The translations under genes were made by a program, and so were the position numbers. This document shows positions 18,212 to 27,462 of a DNA stretch of 33,243 bases, piece after piece (position 1 is the stretch's first letter; every line of letters begins with the position of its first letter). The notes under the pieces are model-generated. The model worked only from the letters and a program-made list of their open reading frames with translations, made no database searches and was not told where the DNA came from. This stretch comes from a virus (lineage: Duplodnaviria > Caudoviricetes), in the IMG/VR virus record IMGVR_UViG_3300037755_000162, positions 1 to 33,243 of that record, one strand, 5' to 3'.

Positions 18212-18931
18212 TTACGCTAATAAAGCGTGACCATACATTGTAAGTATAAACATACCACCTGTGTATGTTCCTGCTGAACCTGTACCTTCAACAATATATA
18301 AATAATGATTTGCTGTCATAGCCGGTACTAAATTCTGTACTGTTTGTCCAGCCGCCAAAGAAGCACCATTGATAAGTTTTGCCGTGCTTACAGCCCCACC
18401 GTATTCAATAGTCCCACTTGAATTAGTCGCAATATCTATATCGGTTGCTACCGTTGTGCCTGCTGGAAGTTCGATACAAGAAAGCGTTGCCCTGAAAATA
18501 ATACCATTCGTTGCCACAACATTTCTACCAAGTATAGCTATTCCACCTGCTGCAAGTCCAATAGCGTCTTCTGTTGTTCCTGAACTCGCTAATCCTGTGA
18601 GATCAAATTTTACAGTAGTTATAATGATACCGTTTTCAGTTCTTCTGTAAGTTTTAGGCGCACCAAAAGTACTCGTTCCTATTAAACCTACGCCGTGTTC
18701 TGCTGTTTGTAAAACATTAGAAGTAATTTCACCTGTGATTGTAGGTGCTGAAATTGTTGGTGTTGTTAAAGTCGGTGTCGTTAATGTCGGACTTGTAAGT
18801 GTAGCACTTCCTATATGCGTTAATCTTATTAACCCTTTTTCTGTCATTAAATGGTAATCAGTACCGTCAAAGTAAAAATCACCTTGAGTTATACCACCTA
18901 ATGCTTCGGCAGAAGTTATTATCGTTGCCAT
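18212..18931 (-). CDS. Virion structural protein (head fibre/decoration-like) with TxPTL repeats
   Basis: TSPTLTTPTLTTPTISAPTIT repeat, Gly/Ala/Thr-rich; downstream of the capsid gene; AAGGAG RBS. Confidence 0.6.
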   Translation of the reverse strand: MATIITSAEALGGITQGDFYFDGTDYHLMTEKGLIRLTHIGSATLTSPTLTTPTLTTPTISAPTITGEITSNVLQTAEHGVGLIGTSTFGAPKTYRRTENGIIITTVKFDLTGLASSGTTEDAIGLAAGGIAILGRNVVATNGIIFRATLSCIELPAGTTVATDIDIATNSSGTIEYGGAVSTAKLINGASLAAGQTVQNLVPAMTANHYLYIVEGTGSAGTYTGGMFILTMYGHALLA

Positions 18932-18948
18932 TTTTTCTCCTTATAATA

Positions 18949-18966
18949 GGCGGGTTTTACCCCGCC
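18949..18966 (-). terminator. GC-rich hairpin between head genes (weak terminator or processing/stability stem)
   Basis: GGCGGG-GTAAAA-CCCGCC on the minus strand, followed by TATTATAA rather than a clean U-tract. Confidence 0.45.
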
Positions 18967-18972
18967 GTTAGT

Positions 18973-19482
18973 TTAGATACCTTTCAGATCATTCTTCTGC
19001 ACAACAACAAATGTATGTGTAGTAGCCGCTAATGTTGAACCGCCGTTAAGGTTAAAAGCGTAATAAGGACACACTGGAACTTTTACCTTGTTACCGGTTG
19101 CTATTGCTGCTACTGTGACTACGTCTGCTACCTGTTGTAGAGGGTCAAATGCAAAAGCATACGCAAGTGGTGTTACTGCTAACACAACATCATCATATAC
19201 TTGTTTTAGTTTTGCACCTGTGCCTGTGGCAACTACGTTAGCACCGTCACCACTTAGGTCGAATAAAGGGTCATATCCACCCCAAATATCAAGCGGTAAT
19301 GCCTGACCATCTGGAGTTGCTGCTGCTACATAAAACATAGTCCACGGCTTTGAAGGGTCAAGCCCTGCGGGTATTTTTTTAGTATAAGCATCATTTTCTG
19401 CTGTGGTTGAAACTACTGTGCAAACGGCAGTGTAAGTGTCGTTGACAATTTCTTCAACCCAATCTGATTGAGTTAGTGCCAT
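18973..19482 (-). CDS. Capsid decoration/auxiliary protein candidate
   Basis: Beta-rich, Ala/Thr/Val-rich, 169 aa, near the capsid gene; GGAG RBS. Confidence 0.55.
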   Translation of the reverse strand: MALTQSDWVEEIVNDTYTAVCTVVSTTAENDAYTKKIPAGLDPSKPWTMFYVAAATPDGQALPLDIWGGYDPLFDLSGDGANVVATGTGAKLKQVYDDVVLAVTPLAYAFAFDPLQQVADVVTVAAIATGNKVKVPVCPYYAFNLNGGSTLAATTHTFVVVQKNDLKGI

Positions 19483-19530
19483 TTAATTCTCCAATTCTGA
19501 TTTTAATAATTCAAATCGTTTAATGTTTTC
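19483..19530 (-). pseudogene. Orphaned 3' end of gene 20249-20650
   Basis: Reads ENIKRFELLKSELEN* versus ENIAKYELLKDELSV* at 20249-20296; both exactly 48 nt. Confidence 0.75.
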
Positions 19531-20265
19531 TTATCCAGTAAGAACTTGATTAACAAATTCTTCTGGGTGTTTATTTCCTTTTGTTCTATTACAATGGACA
19601 CAAGCTAAAACTATATTGTATAACTTATGTTCACCGCCCTTGCTCAAAGGGATGATGTGTTCTATTTCGTATTTTCCTAATTTAGAATCACAATAAAAAC
19701 ATCTACTTTTTTGGGCAAGCAATAAGCTTTCAATATCACTTTTTTCAACTACCCCACCATTTTGTTTTTTAAGCGAATTATATTTATGCGAATATAATCT
19801 GCCTTTAACAAGGTTGAGTTTTCTCCAGTTTTTGCCCATTTCTTTGGCTTTCTCTGGATTGTTAATTACCCATTTCTTTGTAGATATGTTACGTTTGCCT
19901 TTGTTCGCATTCGCCCATACTTTTTTCTTGATGCTTAAAATGCCTTTATTACGCTCACGATAAGATTTAGAATTTAATCGACATTTCTCCAGATTATTTT
20001 CACGATATTGTTTTGCACAAGTCTTAATCTTGTCTTTGTTCTCTTGATAATATTCTCTATCCATCTGGTGTTTTTTATCTCTATTATTTGCTGCCCATTT
20101 TTTAAGATAGAGTTTATTGAGTTCTCGGAACTTTTCTCTGTTTTGTAGTTTATAGTTTTTGCTATACAACTTTTCACACGAGATACATTGTCCTCTTTTA
20201 ACTCTAAAATCTTCTATGGGTTTTTCAACACCACATTTTGAACAAGTTTTATACACTAAGTTCAT
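19531..20265 (-). CDS. Freestanding HNH endonuclease
   Basis: N-terminal CSKC...CISC, repeated helical (Y/W)xxxNxxK units, C-terminal CFYC...IEHIIPLSKGGEH...NIVLACVHCNRTKG. Confidence 0.95.
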   Translation of the reverse strand: MNLVYKTCSKCGVEKPIEDFRVKRGQCISCEKLYSKNYKLQNREKFRELNKLYLKKWAANNRDKKHQMDREYYQENKDKIKTCAKQYRENNLEKCRLNSKSYRERNKGILSIKKKVWANANKGKRNISTKKWVINNPEKAKEMGKNWRKLNLVKGRLYSHKYNSLKKQNGGVVEKSDIESLLLAQKSRCFYCDSKLGKYEIEHIIPLSKGGEHKLYNIVLACVHCNRTKGNKHPEEFVNQVLTG

Positions 20266-20650
20266 CCTTTAACAATTCATATTTCGCTATATTTTCTGGA
20301 GTAGCGTCTTTCCTATATTCACCTGAATTTCTCAAAAGAGTTGCTTGTAACTTTCCAAACTCAATAAGTTTTTCTTTGTCGTCTTGTGACACTTTCCCTA
20401 TTTCTGGATGTGAGTCTGAACTTCTAATGCCTTGTACGATATTAGGATTTTCCTTAACAGCAGCACCGATTTCCATAAACCTTTTCCCAAATTCAGGGTG
20501 TGATCTTAGTTTTAATGCTAAGTCTGAATCCTCAGTAGTAAATTTTCCCATACTACCAATAGGACTAAAGTTAGCGATATACTCAGGAATCCCGTTGACT
20601 GGCTTCCCGAAGACTACAAATCTGTTATTTACGCTTGTGAACGTGTACAT
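20249..20650 (-). CDS. Hypothetical protein immediately downstream of the major capsid gene
   Basis: 133 aa, AAGGAG RBS. Confidence 0.8.
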   Translation of the reverse strand: MYTFTSVNNRFVVFGKPVNGIPEYIANFSPIGSMGKFTTEDSDLALKLRSHPEFGKRFMEIGAAVKENPNIVQGIRSSDSHPEIGKVSQDDKEKLIEFGKLQATLLRNSGEYRKDATPENIAKYELLKDELSV

Positions 20651-20661
20651 ATTACTCCTTA

Positions 20662-21867
20662 TTATTTGTATAAATATCCTGCAAGTTCCTGATTGTCGAA
20701 TTGTAATCCGATGTCAGCAAGTAACTTGGTTTCTGTTCTGTCTGCACCTTTAACTTCAACCTCGGCTTCGATTCTGAATTTACGTGAACCTTTTTTGTCG
20801 TTAGCCATATGTCGTGGGGTTACTTGTCCTTCTTCGTAAATGAATCCTGCGTGTGTGAATTTACCATCCATTAACTGATTTCTTACGATTTTAACATCGC
20901 CTTCACCTGCTAAATAATTATAAATTCTTCCACCATAAGACTCATCTATTACTGATGGGAATGAACCCTGTTTGTCTATTGCAATCTGATTAATACCTTT
21001 GAATAACTCGTTACCTACAACAAATGTTCTTTGTGTACTTCCTTTTGCGAAAACATTCGAGAAGAAAGTGTTTAGAACTGTATCTGTTATAGCACCTGAA
21101 TAAGACTGTACGTTTGAGGTAATGAATCCTTTCATTCCTTTACCGATTGTCTTTTTAGTAGCCGTTGTAGTGCCTGTGGTAACTGCTACGTTTGAGAAAA
21201 GGATGTTTCTTTCATACATCATTTTCATTTCTTCCATCTTCTTCATTACTTCTTCGTCGTGAGTTTTACCATCGGTGTAGTTCTCACCAGCTTGGTCACG
21301 ACCTGTTGAAGCTATACCTTCATTGGAAATAGTACAGTAGTTAAATACTTCTATTTCCTGTGTGGTAATCGAAGTCGTTTTTTCGTTGTTCTCTAAGTTC
21401 CAAGAACCAATGATTTTAATGTAAGAACCTATTCCGCCTGCTGGTATTGCAGTGAGTGCAGTAGGAATTGTAGCGTGTACTTTTGTTAATGTAATGTCTG
21501 TTGAACTTGTTACAGTAGAAACAAACGCCATTTCGTCAGTAGCTTCAATGTAAACTAAATCATTCAACTTAAAGAAACTCACATCTGCTGCCTCTGTGGT
21601 AGTCAGATTTAAGTAGTAAGTTGAGGTCAATGAAACTGCTGTTAGAATCGTGGTCTGATGAGGTAAATATTCGTCTTCAAACCAACTGAATTTTGAGTTT
21701 TTGTTTGTTACAACTTTTGATTGTTTGTTTGAGAAGAATAACCATTGCATAATAGGTGTCTGATATGGTTTTATCAGTTTTAATACACTATCTATGTCAG
21801 GTTTTGTGTTAGCCGCTAATGCGGTTGCGGAACTTCTCACTCCCGAAATATTGCCAGTATAAGCCAT
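20662..21867 (-). CDS. Major capsid protein (DUF5309/SU10-like)
   Basis: Follows the scaffold. Motifs TPIMQWL...KFSWFEDEY, FNYCTI, MYERNILF, GKGMKGFI, GDVKIVRNQLM, ADIGLQFDN. Confidence 0.88.
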   Translation of the reverse strand: MAYTGNISGVRSSATALAANTKPDIDSVLKLIKPYQTPIMQWLFFSNKQSKVVTNKNSKFSWFEDEYLPHQTTILTAVSLTSTYYLNLTTTEAADVSFFKLNDLVYIEATDEMAFVSTVTSSTDITLTKVHATIPTALTAIPAGGIGSYIKIIGSWNLENNEKTTSITTQEIEVFNYCTISNEGIASTGRDQAGENYTDGKTHDEEVMKKMEEMKMMYERNILFSNVAVTTGTTTATKKTIGKGMKGFITSNVQSYSGAITDTVLNTFFSNVFAKGSTQRTFVVGNELFKGINQIAIDKQGSFPSVIDESYGGRIYNYLAGEGDVKIVRNQLMDGKFTHAGFIYEEGQVTPRHMANDKKGSRKFRIEAEVEVKGADRTETKLLADIGLQFDNQELAGYLYK

Positions 21868-21876
21868 TTTGTTCTC

Positions 21877-22737
21877 CTATGAAACTTTTGATTGTATCTT
21901 TAATAGGAGTTCTTCTTCCGCCGTTAATGTGTTTTCCCTTGCAGTTGCATTTACTTGTGCTGAGGGCTGATTTTCTTTGTTTGAGTTTGCTTTTCTTATA
22001 GCGTCTTGAAGATTTTTAGCAGCCTGAGCCTTGCTTTCTGACTGTATCTGCGCCTGAGTTTTATTTACCTTCAAGTTATCAGAATAATATTTCACAACTT
22101 CCCTTATAAAAATATGAGGGTTTTGATTGTAAAAGTTCTTCTGGTCTTCTCTTATAAGTCCGGTGTCATCGTATAAACGGAAAGCGTTGTCTTTTTCCCA
22201 ACCTGCTATTGCATCATTTACATCTGCACCTTCCGGCAAATGCTTAGCAACCTCGTTCAGCATATTAGGCTGTTCTTGTCTGGGTTCATTCAATGCTTCC
22301 TGTCTTACTTTTTCTCTGAAATCAGCTATCGCTTGCTTGAACTCTTCCGGCTTTTCTACCGGGTCAGGAAAATCACTTGGGTTCGGAATCGAACTCTGTA
22401 ATTGTTTTTTTTGTAACTCTTTCAACTCCATATTTGTTTTCGTGAACTTCTTTACTATCTCTGAATACGCCTTCGGTAAGGCATCCTTGAATTTCTGTCC
22501 ACGATACATTTTTAGAGCTGGATATTGTTCAATTAAAGTATCATCAATCAGTTCCTCTTGGGTTGACTGTTGTGTCTGAGGTTGAACTTCCTCTGTCTCA
22601 AGCTCCTCTTGGGTTGGCTTGAGTAACTGTCCCACTTGCTCTTGGAGTGTCTGCTCTACTACGGGTGTTTCTTCTACTTGCCCTTCGGGTGTAGTTTCAA
22701 CTTGCCCTTCGTTAGTTGGCTCTTGCTCTGTTGGCAT
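21877..22737 (-). CDS. Capsid scaffolding protein
   Basis: Acidic Glu/Gln/Pro N-terminus, KAYSEIVKKFTK helix, located between portal and capsid genes. Confidence 0.8.
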   Translation of the reverse strand: MPTEQEPTNEGQVETTPEGQVEETPVVEQTLQEQVGQLLKPTQEELETEEVQPQTQQSTQEELIDDTLIEQYPALKMYRGQKFKDALPKAYSEIVKKFTKTNMELKELQKKQLQSSIPNPSDFPDPVEKPEEFKQAIADFREKVRQEALNEPRQEQPNMLNEVAKHLPEGADVNDAIAGWEKDNAFRLYDDTGLIREDQKNFYNQNPHIFIREVVKYYSDNLKVNKTQAQIQSESKAQAAKNLQDAIRKANSNKENQPSAQVNATARENTLTAEEELLLKIQSKVS

Positions 22738-24625
22738 TTGCTATTCCTTGTTTTAGTTGTAATTGTGCGGTCACTCCTTGTTGGAGAACTTCCGCCTTCT
22801 TAATATTTCTTTCTTCTTGCTCGGCTTGTGCCTGTGCTTTATTAAATTCTTGTATTTGTTGGATTAATTGCTTTTTAGTTCTTTCCGGTACGTCCGTGTT
22901 ATAGTCCAACAACATCATTGTATATGCAGGCATTTGCCATAATGTTGGGTTTGACCTTCCCATTTCTAACAACTGCATATATTTAAATTCTTTTTCGCTT
23001 TCTGTTAAGGCTGCCTCAGTCACGGTCAATTCCAAGTCAGCGTCTTTTAGAAAGTCAATCCCACCTACTTTTACAAACATACTATCGGGGTCTGATTGTG
23101 AAGGTGTTATAACTCCGTTCTGGTTTAACATCTGTATCATTTCAGGCGTAAGCTCAGCACCTTGAACTTTCATTTGTCTCTCTGCGGTGTCAAATTCTTT
23201 ATGTAGGTATAATGCAAACTCACCTAATGACTGTTTCCATCTCGATAGATTGTCTAACATTAGAAATGCTACTAATGCACCTTGTTGTTTTTTTAGATTA
23301 ATAGCCCTACCGCTTTCACCACTCTCATCTCCTAATCCTGAGAATGAGCGACCGCCTCCGAAGTCTTCCATTAAACCTTGCATTACGGTAGCAATCTGAA
23401 TCCATTGAGGATTTAAACCCTGTGATTTTACTGCTCTTAAAATTTCTTCGCTTGAATTAGAGAAAACTACGCCACCGGTTTGTTCAATTATATGTTTGGC
23501 TTTTTCGGGAGTATGTATATCTGCTAACGCATTCACGTTTAACTGATATACGTTCTTAATGTCTGAACCAAATGAGTAGTCAATCTGTGCTAAAAGTCTG
23601 TCGTAGAATATTTGCGGACTCTTAAGTACATCCATAAACGACCAGAAATCGTCTTCAAAGTGAAAACATCTGTAAACTTTTATTGGTGATGATGGGTAGT
23701 CGGTTTCTTCATAGCTTAATATCAAAGTATCTGCGAATACGTATTTATCCCACTTAATTTCGTCTTTTGTTTCCACTGTACCGTCAAAATCTAACCCTTG
23801 TGATAGGTAAGGAATGTTAATCTCTCTCAAGTGCATTTCTGCTTCTTCTTGGGTCTTAAATTTCTTGGTGTAAACTCCCTCACTTAAAATATTCATAGGA
23901 TCGGGATGTATTACATACCAGCATTTTCGTGATACTTTTTGATAGTGTGTGAACTTAGCGATAATATCGAAGTCATTTTTACCATTAGGATTCCTAACCA
24001 CATAATATGCGTCTTTGTCTCTGCCGATATGATTTGTGTTGTGATTTAGCTTATCAGCGTATTCAGGGAATTCCTGTCTCAACTGAAATCTGTAAACTCT
24101 GTCAACTTTAGCTACAAATAATCCGTCTTCGTTAACGTCATATTCTCTTGAGTTTGTGTCCCAAACCACGTTTTTATAATCTAATTTTCTGAATTTAATC
24201 TTAGGTTGGAATGTAGAATAATCTACATACGCTTCTGCTGCGCTATATTTCACACTCATACCTGAGTCGAATACTTCTGACTCTAAATACTTGAATTTTG
24301 AACTCTTTTCATCGTCTCTAAGCATTAAAGTAGCTAATTCTGCCTTAATCTCGTCATTGGGGTCAACTTTCGCCACTACTTTAAACTGTGTTCTTGCCTG
24401 TTTCTGGGTAGCTAAAATCGTATTCATTTTAGTTACTGCAATAGGAATTGAGTAAGGTAGTCTTCCCTGTGACCTGATTTTTCTTTCTTTATCAGGACTC
24501 CAGTTCTTGATTTTCTTATATCGCTCATTCTCAGTGCCTTCTTCCCATTTCTGGTTGAAGTATTGAATACCTTGATTGTGTAAGGCTTCTAAGTCAGTGG
24601 CAGATAAAGGATATTGTTGTGTCAA
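22712..24625 (-). CDS. Portal protein (P22-like)
   Basis: Directly after terL; GRLPYSIP...DEIKAEL, LKSPQIFYD, ESGRAINLKKQQG motifs, Gln-rich C-terminal helix. Confidence 0.9.
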   Translation of the reverse strand: MTQQYPLSATDLEALHNQGIQYFNQKWEEGTENERYKKIKNWSPDKERKIRSQGRLPYSIPIAVTKMNTILATQKQARTQFKVVAKVDPNDEIKAELATLMLRDDEKSSKFKYLESEVFDSGMSVKYSAAEAYVDYSTFQPKIKFRKLDYKNVVWDTNSREYDVNEDGLFVAKVDRVYRFQLRQEFPEYADKLNHNTNHIGRDKDAYYVVRNPNGKNDFDIIAKFTHYQKVSRKCWYVIHPDPMNILSEGVYTKKFKTQEEAEMHLREINIPYLSQGLDFDGTVETKDEIKWDKYVFADTLILSYEETDYPSSPIKVYRCFHFEDDFWSFMDVLKSPQIFYDRLLAQIDYSFGSDIKNVYQLNVNALADIHTPEKAKHIIEQTGGVVFSNSSEEILRAVKSQGLNPQWIQIATVMQGLMEDFGGGRSFSGLGDESGESGRAINLKKQQGALVAFLMLDNLSRWKQSLGEFALYLHKEFDTAERQMKVQGAELTPEMIQMLNQNGVITPSQSDPDSMFVKVGGIDFLKDADLELTVTEAALTESEKEFKYMQLLEMGRSNPTLWQMPAYTMMLLDYNTDVPERTKKQLIQQIQEFNKAQAQAEQEERNIKKAEVLQQGVTAQLQLKQGIANANRARAN

Positions 24626-26310
24626 AATGTAGCCTCATCAATTACGTAATCCATTTCTTCTAAATATGGTCTCGATACTATTTCTTTTGGGGTTTGAATA
24701 AAATAATTTGGCATCCATAATGAACATCTTATCATCAAAGCATAAGCAATTACTCTATCATCATAACACTTAGTTGATACGTCTTCATCTTTACCCTGTG
24801 CCTGCATCTGTCCTTTAGCGTTCTTTACAAAGGTCAAACATTCATCCCAAAAGCCTACTGAGTTACTCGAAAATATCGACTCTCTTATCCATTCATTTAA
24901 ATCATTTATTACTACTGCTTTAGATTGTGAAGAAGTTTTAAATCCTATCGTACTTGAATCCGATGGATAACCTTTTTCAAATGTCTGGTTGTAATATTGT
25001 TTTAATCTTTTCTTGTAAGCACCCACGATTGTCGTAAGACCGTGATTATTTCTTTCAGTATTAAAGTAAATGTCTCCACCTAAAAACTTTGAAATCTTTT
25101 CCTGCTCGTCTGCAAGTAAGTCGGGGTCTATGTGTCCGTGCCATTCCAAAACTACTTCATTAGTTTTTCTGTCCATTACTGGAATGACTGAGTAGTCACC
25201 TTGTTCCAAGCCTTCGGCAACGTCACACCCAGCTACGTATCTATACATTTCTAAAGGATTGATTTTAATTTCTTTGTAAAGTCTTACAAATCCTCTGTCA
25301 CCTTCTACAAACTCAACTTCTTTACCTTTCCAAACCAAATCACCACGTCTGAATTTTTCTCTTTTTGCTAATTCATAGTTCTGTAAGCAAAGTTGGGTAT
25401 CAAAAACGGGTCTTCCTGATGCCACGAAAGACTCAATATCATTATAGGGATTTTCTTGCTGCATCATTAGTTTATCGCCACCATGATCGTTGGCTAACTT
25501 ATAACGATACCAGTTTAGTTGTTCTAAACTAACATTATAAGTTTTCATCCTATCTTTTTCTTGATCTGTAAGTGAATTTTCAAATCGGTCTTTTTCTTCT
25601 TGGTTTAAAAATTCTCTCCTATACTCGTCTAATTCAAACCAAGCCAAGAAAATAGGTATAAAATCTGATTCACCATTTTTTGCTGATTGCCATCTTTCGT
25701 AAAATTCTCCGCCTACTCCGTTGGCTGTTGACTCAATAACCTCTAAAGAGTCTTTGATAGTGCCAACTGCGTTAAATACCGCCGTTAAAACAGCTTTTGC
25801 GTCTCTCCAGAACGCAACCTCAGTAAGAACTAAATCTTGGAAGTTATCAGAACGACCTACTGAATCGCCACCTTCTGCGGTGAAAACTTTCATCTCAGAT
25901 TCTAATAAACTAAATGCTAATTTTTTCTCATTTGAGGCTTGCAATTCGGGTTTTAAGGCAGGTTCTAAGTAATTGTAAAATCTTTTTATCATATCAAATA
26001 AGTTATTGGAAGCGTCTTTCACGTGTCCTATGATTGCAGTTTTCCAATATTTCCTTGTCATATTTCTCCAGAATGACATTCCGGCAAAATATGTTGAAAT
26101 TCCCTCTTGCCTCGCTTTAAGAATGATAAAGTGTAAAGGTTTCCCTGCGGCTATGGTTTCCTCAACTATCTGATGGACTTTACGTTGTGCAGAGTTGAAC
26201 TTAAACGGGACTATCTTACCATCCTTAGTCTTAATCTTAAAATACCTCTCCGCAAAAACCGGAAAGTTCTTTAAAACATCTTTAACCCATTTTCGTTCTT
26301 CGTCTGTCAT
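24622..26310 (-). CDS. terL: Terminase large subunit
   Basis: Walker A region ILKARQEGIST, Walker B LTEVAFW, coupling motif IESTANG, nuclease GCDVAEG...DYS and YDDRVIA. Confidence 0.97.
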   Translation of the reverse strand: MTDEERKWVKDVLKNFPVFAERYFKIKTKDGKIVPFKFNSAQRKVHQIVEETIAAGKPLHFIILKARQEGISTYFAGMSFWRNMTRKYWKTAIIGHVKDASNNLFDMIKRFYNYLEPALKPELQASNEKKLAFSLLESEMKVFTAEGGDSVGRSDNFQDLVLTEVAFWRDAKAVLTAVFNAVGTIKDSLEVIESTANGVGGEFYERWQSAKNGESDFIPIFLAWFELDEYRREFLNQEEKDRFENSLTDQEKDRMKTYNVSLEQLNWYRYKLANDHGGDKLMMQQENPYNDIESFVASGRPVFDTQLCLQNYELAKREKFRRGDLVWKGKEVEFVEGDRGFVRLYKEIKINPLEMYRYVAGCDVAEGLEQGDYSVIPVMDRKTNEVVLEWHGHIDPDLLADEQEKISKFLGGDIYFNTERNNHGLTTIVGAYKKRLKQYYNQTFEKGYPSDSSTIGFKTSSQSKAVVINDLNEWIRESIFSSNSVGFWDECLTFVKNAKGQMQAQGKDEDVSTKCYDDRVIAYALMIRCSLWMPNYFIQTPKEIVSRPYLEEMDYVIDEATF

Positions 26311-26313
26311 AAT

Positions 26314-26347
26314 AAAAAAAGCACGACCATCAATGATAATCGTGCTT
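26314..26347 (-). terminator. Intrinsic terminator immediately upstream of terL
   Basis: Minus strand AAGCACGATTATC-ATT-GATGGTCGTGC-TTTTTTT. The two mismatches are G-U pairs only in the minus-strand RNA; the U-tract ends 3 nt before the terL ATG. Confidence 0.8.
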
Positions 26348-26363
26348 GCTTAATGCTTGCTTA
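26343..26363 (-). repeat. Tandem direct repeat TAAGCAAGCA x2 overlapping the terminator 5' arm
   Basis: Plus strand TGCTTGCTTA at 26343-26352 and 26354-26363. Confidence 0.85.
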
Positions 26364-26375
26364 TTTAATTAAAGT

Positions 26376-26513
26376 TTATTTCTTAATAGGGGGCTGTCCG
26401 TTAAGATAAACCCCAGAACCTTCTTTAGTCCCTTCTTTTATCCAAAACTCTTTACCTTTGTAAATTATTTTTACAGGCAATACAAACTTAGTATTATTTA
26501 TAATAACTTCCAC
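26376..26513 (-). CDS. Small basic beta-rich protein (45 aa), missing from the ORF track; candidate regulator
   Basis: GTG start behind AAGGA; MEVIINNTKFVLPVKIIYKGKEFWIKEGTKEGSGVYLNGQPPIKK. Confidence 0.6.
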   Translation of the reverse strand: MEVIINNTKFVLPVKIIYKGKEFWIKEGTKEGSGVYLNGQPPIKK

Positions 26514-26634
26514 AAGATTCCTTAATAATCATATTAAAATTCTTGCAATAAATACCCAATGGACTTAAATATTTATCAGGTATCTTCTTTATAGCCTCGT
26601 ACAACTCTTTTTCTTCCTCAGTTACTTCGTGCAT
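26494..26634 (-). CDS. Small hypothetical protein (46 aa), missing from the ORF track
   Basis: TAATG overlap with the upstream gene and GGAG RBS; MHEVTEEEKELYEAIKKIPDKYLSPLGIYCKNFNMIIKESCGSYYK. Confidence 0.55.
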   Translation of the reverse strand: MHEVTEEEKELYEAIKKIPDKYLSPLGIYCKNFNMIIKESCGSYYK

Positions 26635-26981
26635 TAACTCCTCCTTATAGCGTCAATATACCTGTGAATCTCATCCACTGCTCTCTTTGCTGAGTTATAA
26701 TAGGTAGGAGTGACCAAATTCCACTCCTTACCCATAAATTTATCCTTAGCATACGCCATAGCTCTATATAAAGTGCCCTCAGTCGTATTCTCCGGTAAAG
26801 CCTGACAGATAAAATCATTGTAATAGTGATACAACTGTCCGGTGTCCTCAGAGGCTACAATACCCGTGTCTCTAAAGCGGTCAAAGAATTCAGAAACAAG
26901 TCTCTGCTCAGGTGTTAGACTTTCTTTCCTGTGATACAGTCTTTTGCCTTTTGGCGTGTATTTAGGAAGTAAATTACTCAT
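26634..26981 (-). CDS. Hypothetical protein
   Basis: 115-aa ORF coupled to neighbours by overlaps. Confidence 0.7.
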   Translation of the reverse strand: MSNLLPKYTPKGKRLYHRKESLTPEQRLVSEFFDRFRDTGIVASEDTGQLYHYYNDFICQALPENTTEGTLYRAMAYAKDKFMGKEWNLVTPTYYNSAKRAVDEIHRYIDAIRRS

Positions 26982-27193
26982 CTATTAACCTTTTCTACTA
27001 ATTCTAAGTCAATATCCGTATAACAAAATGTGATGCCACCAGCATCATATAAACCATACTGGAAGTAAGTGACGTTGCCTAATTCATCAACCTGCTTAAT
27101 TTGATAACCATCAATTACATATTTAACCGATGGCTCAAGCTTTAATGAAACTACGTCACCAATACCAAATTTCGGATTGAATGAAATTACCAT
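26978..27193 (-). CDS. Small SH3/KOW-like hypothetical protein
   Basis: KFGIGDVVSLK...DLELV pattern; AAAGGA RBS. Confidence 0.7.
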   Translation of the reverse strand: MVISFNPKFGIGDVVSLKLEPSVKYVIDGYQIKQVDELGNVTYFQYGLYDAGGITFCYTDIDLELVEKVNR

Positions 27194-27462
27194 TTATTCG
27201 TGTATCCTTTTATTTGTTGGTTTAATCCTCATACCAAAAACAATTATCTCGTTTGTGGATAATCACGCTATATCCGCTCCTCCCAAAGAACCTGCCCTTC
27301 CGGTGCATACCCCTGCCTTCTTTTTTCTGTCAATTGTGCCTTCATTAGAGCGTCTCTACTGAGTTAATTATATTAGTCTCATTATATTCATAGCCTGTCA
27401 ATATGCCATTGACATAATATCCGTTATAAGACTTATGACTAATTGGCTGTGTCATTGTGATA

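Noticed and set aside
19531-20296. HNH as part of a self-splicing group I intron
   Set aside because: The insert is fully occupied by the duplicated gene end and the HNH ORF, leaving no room for a recognisable intron core.
20651-20700. Programmed frameshift or read-through extension of the capsid protein
   Set aside because: Tandem TAA TAA stops, no slippery heptamer, and the next gene has its own RBS.
410-27362. Numerous plus-strand ORFs antisense to the late operon (e.g. 8823-9131, 10572-11000, 20238-20753, 22163-22579)
   Set aside because: Shadow ORFs of minus-strand genes with Ser/Phe/Leu-biased composition and no RBS support.
27396-27440. Back-to-back TTGACA boxes as divergent sigma-70 promoters
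   Set aside because: No acceptable -10 hexamer at 16-18 bp spacing on either strand.
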